A stretch of DNA of 64,000 nt, from positions 672,001 to 736,000 of the forward strand of contig NZ_JAQNDL010000004.1 of the NCBI RefSeq assembly GCF_028368995.1, in the 5' to 3' direction. This document shows, piece by piece, positions 51,957 to 62,315 of the stretch (position 1 is its first letter; each line of letters begins with the position of its first letter). The position numbers and the translations under genes were made by a program. A model generated the notes under the pieces. It was given only the letters and a program-made list of their open reading frames with translations. It was not told where the DNA came from and searched no databases. Source of the stretch: Nannocystis bainbridge (GTDB taxonomy: Bacteria > Myxococcota_A > Polyangia > Nannocystales > Nannocystaceae).

Positions 51957-54667
51957 ACCGCATGGAGCTCGACGACGACCGTCCTGACCCCGAGGCCCTC
52001 CTCGAGGTCGCGCGCGCCGAGGAGGCCAAGGCCAAGCGCGGCGAGCTGAAGATCTTCTTCGGCGCGGCCCCGGGCGTCGGCAAGACGTACGCGATGCTCG
52101 AGGCGGCGCGGCGCGCCCGGGCCGAGGGGATCGACGTCGTCGTCGGCATCGTCGAGACGCACGGGCGCAGCGAGACGGCGGCGCTGCTGGAGGGGCTCGA
52201 TCGCCTCCCGCTGCGCACGATCGAGTATCGCGGCAAGGCGCTCCAGGAGTTCGACCTGGAGGCTGCGCTCGCGCGCCGACCCGAGCTGCTGCTCGTCGAC
52301 GAGCTCGCGCACACGAATGTGCCCGGCTGCCAACATCGCAAGCGCTGGCAGGATGTCGATCTCTTGCTCGCCAGCGGTATCGACGTCTACACCACCCTCA
52401 ACGTCCAACACCTCGAGAGTCTCAACGACGTCGTCGCCCAGATCACGTGGATCCGCGTCCGCGAGACGATCCCCGACGCGGTGTTCGACCGCGCCGACGA
52501 CGTCGAGCTGTGCGACCTGCCGGCCGACGAACTGCTGGAGCGGCTCAAGGAGGGCAAGGTCTACCTGCCCGAGCAGGCCCGGCACGCGACCGAGGCTTTC
52601 TTCCGCAAGGGCAACCTGCTCGCGCTGCGCGAGATGGCGCTGCGGCGCATGGCCCAGCGGGTCGACAGCGACGTGCAGGCGTATCGCCGCGCGCACGGGA
52701 TCTCGACCACCTGGGCCATGTCCGAGCGGATCCTCGTGTGCATCGGCCCGAGCCCCAACGGGCCGCGGCTGGTTCGCGCCGCGGCCCGCATGGCGGCGGG
52801 GCTGCGCGCCGAGTGGATCGCGCTGCACGTCGAGACGCCGCGCCTGGCGCTCGTGCGCGCGACGGGTCGCGGGGCTCTGGTCGAGACGATTCGTCTCGCT
52901 GAGTCGCTCGGGGCCGAGGTCGTCAACATCAGCGGCGAGCCGATCGGCGAGCGGCTCCTCGAGTACGCGCGCGCGCGCAACGTCACCCGCCTCGTCGTCG
53001 GCAAGCCGAGCCAGCCGCGCTGGCGCGAGCTGCTCGGCGGTTCGGTGCTCGACACGCTGGTCCGCGGCAGCGGCGCGATCGACGTCCACGTGATCTCCGG
53101 GGACGAGGGTCCTGGGGCTCGCCGGCCGATGCTGCGGCCCGTGACGCCGAGTCGCGCACGACCGATCCCCTACGCGTGGGCGGTCGGCAGCGTCGCCGGC
53201 GTGACCGGACTGTGCACGCTGCTCTACAGCTACGTCGACATGTCCGACATCATCATGCTCTACCTGCTGGTGATCATGATGACGGCGGCCCGCTTCGGCC
53301 GCGGACCGTCGATGCTGGCCGCGGTCCTGAGCGTCGCCTCCTTCGACTTCTGCTTCGTTCCGCCGTTTTATACGTTCGCAGTCGCGGATGCGCGCTACAT
53401 GCTGACCTTCGGCGTGATGCTCCTGGTCGGCATCGTCATCTCGGGCCTTACCGAGCGCGTGCGCATGCAGGCCGAGGCGGCCCGCGGGCGTGAGCAGCGG
53501 ACGGCGATCCTCTACTCGCTGAGCCGCGAGCTGGCGCAGCTCCGCCACAAGCAGAGCATCGGCACGAGCGCCGCTCGCCACGTCGCCGAGCTCGCCGGGG
53601 GACGCGTGGTCGTCCTCGTCGCAGGAGCGGACGATTCGCTGACGCCGCTGCAAGGGACCGACGTCGAGCTCGTGGCAGATCCGCTGGAGCAGGCCGCCGC
53701 CCGCCAGGCGTTCGAGCGGGGCCCGGCGGGCGCGGGCACCGATACGCTGTCGTCCGCCAAAGCCCTCTACGTGCCGCTCCAGGCGGTCGGTCGCACGATC
53801 GGTGTCCTCGGCGTGACGACCGGGGACCCCGTCCGCCTGCGTCATCTCGCGGAGCAGGAGCTCTTGGCGGCGATGAGCGGCCAGGTCGCGCTGGCGCTCC
53901 ACCGCGTGCTGCTCGCTCAGGAGGCGCAACAGGCCGAGCTCCGCGCGCGCACGGAGGAGCTGCGGGGGGCCCTCCTCAGCTCGGTCAGCCACGACTTGCG
54001 CACGCCCTTGACCGCGATCAGCACGGCCGCCAGCGTGCTCGGCCAGGCGGGCCCGATGGCGGACGAAAAGCGGCGCGAGTTCGCGAGCTCGATCTACGAA
54101 GAGGCGCTCGGCCTCGGCCGGCTCGTCACGAACCTCCTGCACATGACGCGGCTCGAGACCCAGGGTGTCGCGCTGCGACGCGAGTGGACGCCGCTCGAGG
54201 ATCCTATCGGCGCGGCGTTGACCCGGCTCGAGCGGGCGCTCGCGGGTCACATGGTGAACGTGTCGCTCGCGCCCGACCTACCGCCAGTGCTGCTCGACGA
54301 GGTGCTGTTCGAGCATTTGATGCTCAACCTGCTGGAGAACGCCGCCAAGTACACGCCGCCTGGCAGCGCCATCGACATGTCTGCGCGCGTCGAAGGCGCC
54401 TCGGTCGTGGTCGAGGTCGCGGACCGCGGCGACGGGATCCCCGCTGGCCAGGAGGACCGGATCTTCGAAAAGTACTTCCGGGTCGGCGGCCCCGCTCAGG
54501 GCGGCTTCGGGCTCGGTCTGGCGATCTGCCGCGCGATCGCGGTGGCTCACGGCGGCACCATCACCGCGGCCAACCGACCGCAGGGCGGCGCGCTCTTTCG
54601 CGTCACGATGCCGATCGGTGAGGAGACGCAGACCGCCCTCCCGTCCGCGCAGGAGGCGACAGCATGA
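51953..54667 (+). CDS. kdpD: Sensor histidine kinase KdpD
   Basis: GAAPGVGKTYAML, DELAHTN, Usp domain, 4 TM helices, SHDLRTPL. Confidence 0.96.
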   Translation: MNRMELDDDRPDPEALLEVARAEEAKAKRGELKIFFGAAPGVGKTYAMLEAARRARAEGIDVVVGIVETHGRSETAALLEGLDRLPLRTIEYRGKALQEFDLEAALARRPELLLVDELAHTNVPGCQHRKRWQDVDLLLASGIDVYTTLNVQHLESLNDVVAQITWIRVRETIPDAVFDRADDVELCDLPADELLERLKEGKVYLPEQARHATEAFFRKGNLLALREMALRRMAQRVDSDVQAYRRAHGISTTWAMSERILVCIGPSPNGPRLVRAAARMAAGLRAEWIALHVETPRLALVRATGRGALVETIRLAESLGAEVVNISGEPIGERLLEYARARNVTRLVVGKPSQPRWRELLGGSVLDTLVRGSGAIDVHVISGDEGPGARRPMLRPVTPSRARPIPYAWAVGSVAGVTGLCTLLYSYVDMSDIIMLYLLVIMMTAARFGRGPSMLAAVLSVASFDFCFVPPFYTFAVADARYMLTFGVMLLVGIVISGLTERVRMQAEAARGREQRTAILYSLSRELAQLRHKQSIGTSAARHVAELAGGRVVVLVAGADDSLTPLQGTDVELVADPLEQAAARQAFERGPAGAGTDTLSSAKALYVPLQAVGRTIGVLGVTTGDPVRLRHLAEQELLAAMSGQVALALHRVLLAQEAQQAELRARTEELRGALLSSVSHDLRTPLTAISTAASVLGQAGPMADEKRREFASSIYEEALGLGRLVTNLLHMTRLETQGVALRREWTPLEDPIGAALTRLERALAGHMVNVSLAPDLPPVLLDEVLFEHLMLNLLENAAKYTPPGSAIDMSARVEGASVVVEVADRGDGIPAGQEDRIFEKYFRVGGPAQGGFGLGLAICRAIAVAHGGTITAANRPQGGALFRVTMPIGEETQTALPSAQEATA

Positions 54668-55377
54668 GCGAGCCCGGAGCCTTGATCCTCATCGTCGAGG
54701 ACGAACCGTCGGTGCGGCGATCGTTACGGACGATCCTGCTCGACTGCGGGTTTCGGGTCGTGGAGACCGAGACCGCGGCCGAGGCAGTGCTGCGGGCCAG
54801 GGAGCACAACCCCGACCTCGTCCTCCTCGACCTCGGGCTGCCCGACCGGGACGGCCTCACGGTCGTCACGGCGATGCGAGCCTGGTCGCTGGCGCCGGTG
54901 ATCGTCCTGTCGGCGCGCGGCCAGGAGGACGACAAGGTCACAGCGCTCGATTCCGGCGCCGACGACTATCTCATGAAGCCATTCAGTGCCAACGAGCTGC
55001 TGGCGCGGATCCGCGTCGCGCTGCGGCACGTCGCGCAGCGGACCCCGCTTCGTGATCCCGTGGTCGAGCTGGGCGACGTGAGGGTCGACCTCGGTCGTCG
55101 GGTGGTGACGCGGTCGGGGCAGGAGATTCACCTGACCCCGCACGAATACAAGCTCCTCGAGGTCCTGCTGCGACACGCGGATCGGGTCGTCACGCACCGG
55201 CAACTGCTGAACGAAGTGTGGGGACCGGGACATTCCACGGAGACCCGCTATCTCCGCGTCTACATGGTCGCGCTGCGGCAGAAGCTCGAGCCCGTGCCGG
55301 GGCGCCCGCGCTGGATCATCACCGAGCCCGGCGTGGGCTACCGTCTTCGGCTCGACCGCGAATTAGCATCGTCTTAA
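54664..55377 (+). CDS. kdpE: Response regulator KdpE
   Basis: LLDLGLPD, GADDYLMKPF, YLRVYMVALRQKLE..TEPGVGYR. Confidence 0.93.
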   Translation: MSEPGALILIVEDEPSVRRSLRTILLDCGFRVVETETAAEAVLRAREHNPDLVLLDLGLPDRDGLTVVTAMRAWSLAPVIVLSARGQEDDKVTALDSGADDYLMKPFSANELLARIRVALRHVAQRTPLRDPVVELGDVRVDLGRRVVTRSGQEIHLTPHEYKLLEVLLRHADRVVTHRQLLNEVWGPGHSTETRYLRVYMVALRQKLEPVPGRPRWIITEPGVGYRLRLDRELASS

Positions 55378-55410
55378 CCCGCAGCTCTCTACGCTGGCAG
55401 CACGTCGTTC

Positions 55411-56928
55411 ATGTGCATGCCGGTTCCGCTCTTTATCTCGCTCGTCAGGCTGCTGGCAGCCGTGGCCCCCGCCGAGCCGTCGCCGCCCGGCTCGGCGTCC
55501 CCGACCGCGCCCGCAGCCGCTCCTTCCGCCCCGTCTGCGGGGTCCACGGCGCCCTCTGCAGACCCGGGGGCTACGCGCTCGCTTCCGCCCTGGACGCCCC
55601 CGGACGACGAGGACGAGGTCCAGGGCGCGCTGCCCGGCACCGATGCGGCGTCCGTGAACAACCCGGCGATCTCGGCCGGGCGAACTCCGGCAGCGCCGGC
55701 CGCGGTGCCTGTGGGCCCCCGCGAGGAGGCGGACGAGGACCGGGTACAGAAGACATTGCCGGGGACGGACGCGGCGGCGGTGAACAACCCCGCGATCTCG
55801 GCCGGTGACAAGATGGACCCGAACGGGGTCGCCGGCTTCAAGGCGTGGGAAGTCGGCGGCTTCATCGACGTCAACTACAGCTACAACAGCAACAACCCCG
55901 ACAATCATGTCTACCGCGGCACGAGCGTGCAGCCGCGGACCGGCGAGTTCTCGCTCAACCACGCGGTCGCGTACATCCGCCGCGATGCGATTCCGGGCCG
56001 CTTCTCGCCGCTGTTCGAGTTCGCCGCGCAGGGCGGTCCGGCCGCCGACGCGCTGGTCGCCTACGAGCCGAACCCGGGCGGCGCCAACGGCAAATTCGCC
56101 GGACCGGAGGTGTGGAAGCATATCTCGCGGGCCACCATCGGGTTTCGCACCCGTCACGGCACGGAGTTGGTCGCGGGCCTGCACCTGAGCCCCGTCGGTA
56201 TCGGCATTCACTGGAGTCCCTACAACTGGAACTACACGGTCACCTGGCAGCTCAACAGCGTGCCGTACTACCTCTCGGGCATCAAGTTCGCGCAGACGAT
56301 CCGCGACAAGCACCAGGTCCAATTGTGGGTGACCAACGGCTGGCAGATCCTCGCCGACAACAACAAGGCGCCGAGCGTGATGCTGGGCTACACCTTCACG
56401 CCGAGCGAGCGCTTCAACTTCGGCGAGTACGTATGGATCGGCCCCGAGCAGGCCGACATGCGCCCGAATGCCTGGCGACTGTTCTCCGACTCGCAGTTCA
56501 CCTACAACACCGAGCGCTTCGGCATCGGCGGGCTGTTCGACGTCGGCGCCGACCCGCGCACCGACCTGCCGCTGACGCCGTGGCAGATGTGGATGAACGG
56601 GGCGATCTTCACTCGCTGGCGCGTGCTCGGGAAGGAGCGCACGTGGGACATGGCCCTGCGCCCCGAGTTCTTCTGGGACCGCGACGGCCGGATGTTCGGC
56701 GTCCCGCAGACCTTGATCTCGGGCGCCTTCACCAACAACTTCCGCATCTTCAACAACCTCCTGTTGCGCGTCGAGTACCGCTACGACCACTCGACCAACC
56801 CCAATGGCTTCTTCTACCGCGGGGCCGCGATCGCCGACGACGCCATGGGCCTCGGACGCGACCAGCACACCGTGTTCTTCAGCGCCGCGGGCGTGTTCGC
56901 CCACCGCTTCGGCGGCAAGCGCCCATGA
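55411..56928 (+). CDS. Outer-membrane beta-barrel porin (BBP2/OmpL-like)
   Basis: Signal-like N-terminus; GGFIDVNYSYN, PYYLSGIK, NGWQ..DNN, LRVEYRYD. Confidence 0.75.
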   Translation: MCMPVPLFISLVRLLAAVAPAEPSPPGSASPTAPAAAPSAPSAGSTAPSADPGATRSLPPWTPPDDEDEVQGALPGTDAASVNNPAISAGRTPAAPAAVPVGPREEADEDRVQKTLPGTDAAAVNNPAISAGDKMDPNGVAGFKAWEVGGFIDVNYSYNSNNPDNHVYRGTSVQPRTGEFSLNHAVAYIRRDAIPGRFSPLFEFAAQGGPAADALVAYEPNPGGANGKFAGPEVWKHISRATIGFRTRHGTELVAGLHLSPVGIGIHWSPYNWNYTVTWQLNSVPYYLSGIKFAQTIRDKHQVQLWVTNGWQILADNNKAPSVMLGYTFTPSERFNFGEYVWIGPEQADMRPNAWRLFSDSQFTYNTERFGIGGLFDVGADPRTDLPLTPWQMWMNGAIFTRWRVLGKERTWDMALRPEFFWDRDGRMFGVPQTLISGAFTNNFRIFNNLLLRVEYRYDHSTNPNGFFYRGAAIADDAMGLGRDQHTVFFSAAGVFAHRFGGKRP

Positions 56929-56947
56929 CCCAGCCATCGGAGGTCGG

Positions 56948-57133
56948 ATGTCTCCACTGATCATACTCCTCGTCGTATTCGCCGGCTTCGGGATCTACGG
57001 CGCCATCAGCGATCGGGCCGACGATCGGGCCCGCCGCCGGAAGGCGCTCCGTCACACGCTCGAGCAATTGCCGGTCGATCGTCGGCAACCCCGGACCATG
57101 CCTCGCGCCGGGGAGAGGCGGACGCCTCGGTGA
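56948..57133 (+). CDS. Small membrane protein
   Basis: GGAGG RBS; MSPLIILLVVFAGFGIYGAIS. Confidence 0.5.
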   Translation: MSPLIILLVVFAGFGIYGAISDRADDRARRRKALRHTLEQLPVDRRQPRTMPRAGERRTPR

Positions 57134-58087
57134 GCGCCGAGTAACTTCATCGGCCGGCAAACGGCGGAGAGCGCGCACCGCGCTCGAATGAGACGCTTCC
57201 GACCCTGGCCCATCCAGGGCCGACGACTGGTGTCCCGGAGTCGACCGACCGAGACGTGGGCGGCATCGTGGCACCTCAGAGAGCTGGGCTTGGCTCACGG
57301 CTCGCAGAACCAGCCGAGGATCGCGGCGTCCCCGAGCGTGTGTCAGCCGAGCGCCAGGGCGACGAGGAGATAGCCCGTGTTCCAGCCGTAGCCGTAGAGG
57401 TGGTGCAGGACCACGAACACGCCGCCGCCGATCACCAGCTCGGTGGCGTCGGCACGTCCATGCCGACACGAGTCTATCAGGGCTTGCCGCCGCCGGGCGG
57501 CTGGGTCCCCAGGTTGTTCGGGGCGCCGCCGGAGTGCCTGGACGGACAACTGCATCCGTCCACCAGCGCAGCGGCGGCGATCACGACGACCACAAGGAAC
57601 CATACCGCCGACTTCTCGGTCTCGATCGCCAGATCGCCGAGCCCTTGCCCGAGCTGTTCGTCCGTCAGCGGCTCGCCGTGGATCGGGCACGGGAGCGCGA
57701 CGTGGGCCGTGATGAAGCGGCGTTTCCGCCACCGACGCGTCGACAACTCGCGCGATCGACCCGCCAGGGTGTAGTCGACGGCGCGCAACTTTGGCGTGGT
57801 CGACCACGAGCGCCGCGTGTCGTCGCGCTCGACGCATTCCCGCAATGGGAGCATGCGGACGATTGCACCGCATGTTCTGCCGTCAGCCGGGCGCGATCTC
57901 AGAACAGGGTGTAGACGAACGGGGCGACGTAGGCGAGGCCGCCGGTGAGCCATAGCAGGACGCCGGCGAGCAGCAGGACGATCAGCCGCGGGGCGCCATC
58001 GCGCATCCGGGGCTGTGAGCAGGGCCAGACACCCCCCCGGCCCAAGCCTTGAGGCCGCGGGTCTGCGGGCCGTCGGGCCAGCGCCCC

Positions 58088-58663
58088 TCACTGGCAGCAG
58101 CCGTCCGGCAGCTTGTAGTCCGGGCGTGGCTCGCACCCGATCACGCGGCCCCGGGCGTCGACCGTGATGTCGCAACACTCGTCAAGCATTACGCGCAGGC
58201 GAGCACGCCCTCGCTGCACACGGGACTTCATCCCGGACAGCGAGACACCGAGCATCGCGGCCGCGTCCTTCTGCGTCAGTCCTTCGAGCTCGGTCAACGT
58301 CAGTGCTTCGCGGTAGGGCGACGGGAGCGCCGCCACGAACGGCGCGAGGTACGTGGCGAGCTCGCGCTCGACCGCGCCGTCGTCCTCCTCGTCGTCCGCG
58401 GCGGGCTCGTCGGCCGCTTCGAGAGACGCCAGCGGGTGCCGCAGGGCCGCGCGCTGGTGGTCGACGATGGCGCTCCGGGCGACCTGGTACACCCACGGCC
58501 CGAAACGATCCTCGTCACGGAGGTGGGGCAAGCTCTTCTGCATGCGCAAGAAAATGTCCTGAAGGACATCTTCGGCGTCGGCCCCGGCGACGCGGCGCGC
58601 GACGAACGGACGGAGCTTGCGTTCTAGCTCCCGCCACGCGCCGCGCATCTCCAACGTGATCAT
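58088..58663 (-). CDS. sigZ: ECF sigma factor, SigZ-like, Cys-rich C-terminus
   Basis: DAEDVLQDIFLR, WVYQVARSAIVD, YREALTLTELEGLTQ..SGMKSRVQRGR..ECC. Confidence 0.85.
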   Translation of the reverse strand: MITLEMRGAWRELERKLRPFVARRVAGADAEDVLQDIFLRMQKSLPHLRDEDRFGPWVYQVARSAIVDHQRAALRHPLASLEAADEPAADDEEDDGAVERELATYLAPFVAALPSPYREALTLTELEGLTQKDAAAMLGVSLSGMKSRVQRGRARLRVMLDECCDITVDARGRVIGCEPRPDYKLPDGCCQ

Positions 58664-58778
58664 GTCGAGTGACCTCCCGGCCGGTCGGGTTGGACGCCTG
58701 GTCGCGTCCCGTCGATCACCATGTCAGAGCCGTTGCAGCGCCGCAACGCCCCGGACACTGCCGCGACGCTGCGGCCAA

Positions 58779-59336
58779 TCATGCCGGGGCCTTCGCGTTG
58801 GCGGACTGAGCCCCGCGCAAGCCGAGGTAGACGTGCAGGAGACCGAGGACGATCGCGCCCGGTACCAGGTTGATGGCGAGCGCGGCGCTGAACCCCGGCA
58901 TCGGCGTATGGAGCACCGTGGGGCCGTCGAGCGTCCATGCGGAGGCGGGTCGAGCGGCAAGGACGAGCGCCAGCGACGCCGCGTGCAGCATCGTCAGCGT
59001 GACGTGCACGGTGTACTCCGCGGTGCTCAGGCCCCCCAGCGTCGCCCGGCTGTCACGCTCGATCGCCACGTCCCAGAGCCCGACCACGAGGTCGAGGACG
59101 GCGACTCCGACCGCCGCCCAAAGGAGCGCCCCGGCGGTCGGCGCGGCGAACAAACCGCCGACGAACGCCGGGAAGAGAAGGGCTCGCAGGGTGTGCAGCC
59201 AGTGCTCGCGGCGGGTCTCCGCGCGCTGGTGAAGCCTCAGCCGCCAGAGGTGGATGTAGAGCCCGTCGACCGCGGCGAGGACGGCGTAAGCGGCGAGAAG
59301 GACCGCGGCGACGTTGGTCAGCGTGGCATCGATCAT
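58779..59336 (-). CDS. Membrane protein with His-containing TM helices
   Basis: DGLYIHLWRLRLH, EHWLH, AEYTVH; 4-5 TM helices. Confidence 0.75.
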   Translation of the reverse strand: MIDATLTNVAAVLLAAYAVLAAVDGLYIHLWRLRLHQRAETRREHWLHTLRALLFPAFVGGLFAAPTAGALLWAAVGVAVLDLVVGLWDVAIERDSRATLGGLSTAEYTVHVTLTMLHAASLALVLAARPASAWTLDGPTVLHTPMPGFSAALAINLVPGAIVLGLLHVYLGLRGAQSANAKAPA

Positions 59337-59355
59337 GGTCGACTCCGTGGTGTGC

Positions 59356-60153
59356 TCAGGCGGCGCCGCCGCGGGGTCGGTTGGCCTCGATGATCGCCGA
59401 CGCGACGTAGTTCTCGGCGCCGGACCCCGGGACCCAGTCCTTGATGAACTCTCGGCTCTCGGGCTTGACGCTGATCCTGATGTTCTCGAAGCCGGCCTCG
59501 CGCAGCAGCGCCTCGAGCACCCCGACCTCGGCCGCACCGGCGACGCAGCCGGTCCGCGCGGCGACTTGCGTCGCCAGCTCCTCGGGCAAGGTCGCGGTGG
59601 CGACGACATCGGAGATGGCGAGCCGCCCGCCCGGCCTCAGCACCCGGAACGCCTCGCGGAACACGGACCCCTTGTCGGGCGAGAGGTTGATGACGCAGTT
59701 CGAGAGGATCACGTCGACCTGCGCATCGGCGACGGGCAGGTGCTCGATCTCGCCGAGCCGAAACTCGACGGTGCGCGCGTCGAGCTTCCGCGCGTTGGCC
59801 CGCGCCTTGGTGATCATGTCCGGCGTCATGTCGACGCCGATCACGCGGCCGGTCGGGCCGACCTGGCGCGCGGCGAGGAAGCAGTCGAAGCCGCCGCCGC
59901 TGCCAAGGTCGAGCACGACCTCGCCGGGCCGCAGCGCCGCGATCGCCTGCGGGTTGCCGCACCCGAGGCCCATGTCGGCCCCTTCAGGGACGGCGGCCTG
60001 CTCCTCGGCCGAGTAACCAAGTTGGTGGCTGGAGTCCGTCTTCGGGCCGCTGCAGCAGCCGGGAGTGCAGCCGCTCGCGGCGCCGGTGTTGGCGATCTTG
60101 GCGTAGTGCTCGCGGACGGCGCCGCGGATCTCGTCGTCGTTCTGGTCGGTCAT
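59356..60153 (-). CDS. arsM: Arsenite S-adenosylmethionine methyltransferase
   Basis: [38 protein letters not shown]. Confidence 0.92.
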   Translation of the reverse strand: MTDQNDDEIRGAVREHYAKIANTGAASGCTPGCCSGPKTDSSHQLGYSAEEQAAVPEGADMGLGCGNPQAIAALRPGEVVLDLGSGGGFDCFLAARQVGPTGRVIGVDMTPDMITKARANARKLDARTVEFRLGEIEHLPVADAQVDVILSNCVINLSPDKGSVFREAFRVLRPGGRLAISDVVATATLPEELATQVAARTGCVAGAAEVGVLEALLREAGFENIRISVKPESREFIKDWVPGSGAENYVASAIIEANRPRGGAA

Positions 60154-60258
60154 GATGGTTTCCGCCCCGAAGACGACGACCCTCCCGAAAGGACGCAGAC
60201 TTTTTTCGGGCCTCGCCGCCTCCCGCTTTCGGGCTTGAATCTCGGCGCCTGAGGCTAT

Positions 60259-60274
60259 ATCGTTAAAATGCGAT
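60259..60274. promoter_or_regulatory. Putative ArsR operator overlapping the arsR start
   Basis: ATCG-N8-CGAT; similar ATCG-N8-CGAA at ~60623-60638 before acr3. Confidence 0.5.
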
Positions 60275-60614
60275 GAGCGACGCCGCCCCCTCGGCCTGCT
60301 GCCCTCCCTCCGACGACCGCCCGGACCTCCGACCGATCGAGGGGGAGGAGGCCGATCAAGAGCTCGCGGCGCTGGCGAAGGCGGTCGGACATCCCGCCCG
60401 GGTGCAAATCCTCCGGCTACTGGCGCGCCGCGCGTCGTGCGTTTGTGGCGAGATCGTCGACGAGCTCCCGCTCGCGCAGTCGACCGTGTCGCAGCACCTG
60501 AAGGTGCTGAAAGACGCCGGTCTCATCCGCGGCGAGATCGATGGCCCGCGGACCTGTTACTGCATCGACAACCGCGCCCTCCGTCGGCTAAAGGCGCTCG
60601 TGGGTGGCCTCTAG
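60273..60614 (+). CDS. arsR: ArsR/SmtB repressor
   Basis: [33 protein letters not shown]. Confidence 0.9.
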   Translation: MSDAAPSACCPPSDDRPDLRPIEGEEADQELAALAKAVGHPARVQILRLLARRASCVCGEIVDELPLAQSTVSQHLKVLKDAGLIRGEIDGPRTCYCIDNRALRRLKALVGGL

Positions 60615-60674
60615 CCCGCTAAATCGTCCTTCTACGAACGCGAGCGCCGGCCTCGCGTCGATGGAGTGTTCTGC

Positions 60675-61715
60675 ATGAGTTCTTCAAGTCCTCTCGGCAT
60701 CTTCGAGCGCTACCTCAGCCTCTGGGTCGCGCTGTGCATCGGGGCGGGCGTCGCCCTCGGCAACCTCGCGCCGGGCTTGTTCGCGTTCGTTAGCAGCCTC
60801 GAAGTCGCCAGCGTCAACCTCGTCGTCGCCTTGCTGATCTGGGTGATGATCTACCCGATGATGATCCAGATCGATTTCGGCTCGCTGCGCGACGTGGGGC
60901 GCAGGCCGAAGGGCTTGATCGTCACGCTCGTGATCAACTGGCTGATCAAGCCGTTCACGATGGCCGGCCTCGCCAGCCTGTTCTTTCTCCACGTGTTCGC
61001 CGGCCTCATGCCCGAGGCGGAGGCCCGCGAGTACCTCGCCGGCGCGATCCTTCTCGGCGTCGCGCCATGCACGGCGATGGTGTTCGTGTGGAGTCAGCTC
61101 ACCCGCGGCGACGCCAACTACACGCTCGTCCAGGTCGCGGTGAACGACTTGATCATGGTCGTCGCGTTCGCGCCGATCACCGCGCTCTTGCTCGGCGTCA
61201 CCGACATCACCGTGCCCTGGACGACCCTGTTGCTGTCGGTCGTTCTCTACGTCGTGATCCCGCTCGTCGCCGGCGCATGGACCCGGCGCGCGCTGACGGG
61301 GCACGAGCCCGCGGCGCTCGGCCGCTTCGTCGCCGCCCTCAAGCCCGTCTCCGTGCTCGGACTCCTCGGGACGGTAGTTCTGCTGTTCGGCTTCCAGGCG
61401 ACGACCATCGTCGAGCGCCCGCTGACCATCGCGCTGATCGCCGTGCCCCTGCTGATCCAGGGCTATGGGATCTTCGGGCTGGCGTACTTGTGGGCGTGGG
61501 CCTGGCGCCTGCCGCATTCGGTCGCAGCGCCGGCCGCGCTGATCGGCACGTCCAATTTCTTCGAGCTCGCGGTCGCGGTCGCGATCGGGCTGTTCGGCCT
61601 CCAGTCGGGCGCCGCGCTCGCCACGGTCGTCGGCGTGCTCGTCGAGGTGCCGGTGATGCTGTCCCTGTGCGCCTTCGCCAACCGAACCGCCCACCGCTTC
61701 GCCGCCGCCGCGTGA
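60675..61715 (+). CDS. acr3: ACR3-family arsenite efflux transporter
   Basis: [50 protein letters not shown]. Confidence 0.95.
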   Translation: MSSSSPLGIFERYLSLWVALCIGAGVALGNLAPGLFAFVSSLEVASVNLVVALLIWVMIYPMMIQIDFGSLRDVGRRPKGLIVTLVINWLIKPFTMAGLASLFFLHVFAGLMPEAEAREYLAGAILLGVAPCTAMVFVWSQLTRGDANYTLVQVAVNDLIMVVAFAPITALLLGVTDITVPWTTLLLSVVLYVVIPLVAGAWTRRALTGHEPAALGRFVAALKPVSVLGLLGTVVLLFGFQATTIVERPLTIALIAVPLLIQGYGIFGLAYLWAWAWRLPHSVAAPAALIGTSNFFELAVAVAIGLFGLQSGAALATVVGVLVEVPVMLSLCAFANRTAHRFAAAA

Positions 61716-61718
61716 CCC

Positions 61719-62144
61719 ATGAGCGTCCCCAACTTCACGAGCGTCCTGTTTCTCTGCGTCGCCAACTCGGCCCGTAGTCAGATGGCCGAGGCCCTTGCGC
61801 GCGCCCGTTGGGGCGATCGCGTGCGTGTCACCAGCGCTGGCTCGCAACCCACACGCATCAACCCCTTCGCCATCGAAGTGATGCGCGAGCGAGGCCTGGA
61901 CCTCGGGTCTCACTACTCCAAGTCCGTGACGACGATCGATCCCGCCTCGGTCGACCTCGTAATCACCCTCTGCGCCGACGAGGTCTGCCCGCTGTTCCTG
62001 AGCAAGGCACCGCGCCTGCACTGGCCGCTTCCGGATCCCGCGAGCGATGATCCCTCGTTGACCCGCGACGACATGCTCGAACGCTTCCGGCGCACCGCGG
62101 ACGCGATCGAAACCTGCCTTCCTGAGCTCGACGGACGCGCCTAG
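61719..62144 (+). CDS. arsC: Thioredoxin-type arsenate reductase (LMWP fold)
   Basis: FLCVANSARSQMAE, ITLCADEVCP, HWPLPDP. Confidence 0.92.
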   Translation: MSVPNFTSVLFLCVANSARSQMAEALARARWGDRVRVTSAGSQPTRINPFAIEVMRERGLDLGSHYSKSVTTIDPASVDLVITLCADEVCPLFLSKAPRLHWPLPDPASDDPSLTRDDMLERFRRTADAIETCLPELDGRA

Positions 62145-62315
62145 GTCGCCCGTCGCCGCGGCGAACCGCTGTCCACTCGAACGACAGCGGCTTTCACGGC
62201 GCCACGTGCGGGGGGCCGATGGTGTACCGCGTTAGTTCGACAGGGCGCCGTGCAGGTTGCCGCGGCATTGCCCCCGGCGGGTGACATCGCCCGCTGCGCG
62301 AGGTACCTTGAGCGT

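Noticed and set aside
53237-53246. Single GACATGTC sites in coding regions (also ~24378 and ~54374)
   Set aside because: They are isolated, have no 14-bp partner, and are explained by Asp-Met-Ser codons.
57140-58080. Short ORFs between the porin and sigZ
   Set aside because: They are hydrophobic fragments with internal stops and no recognisable family; probably decayed genes that I cannot call.
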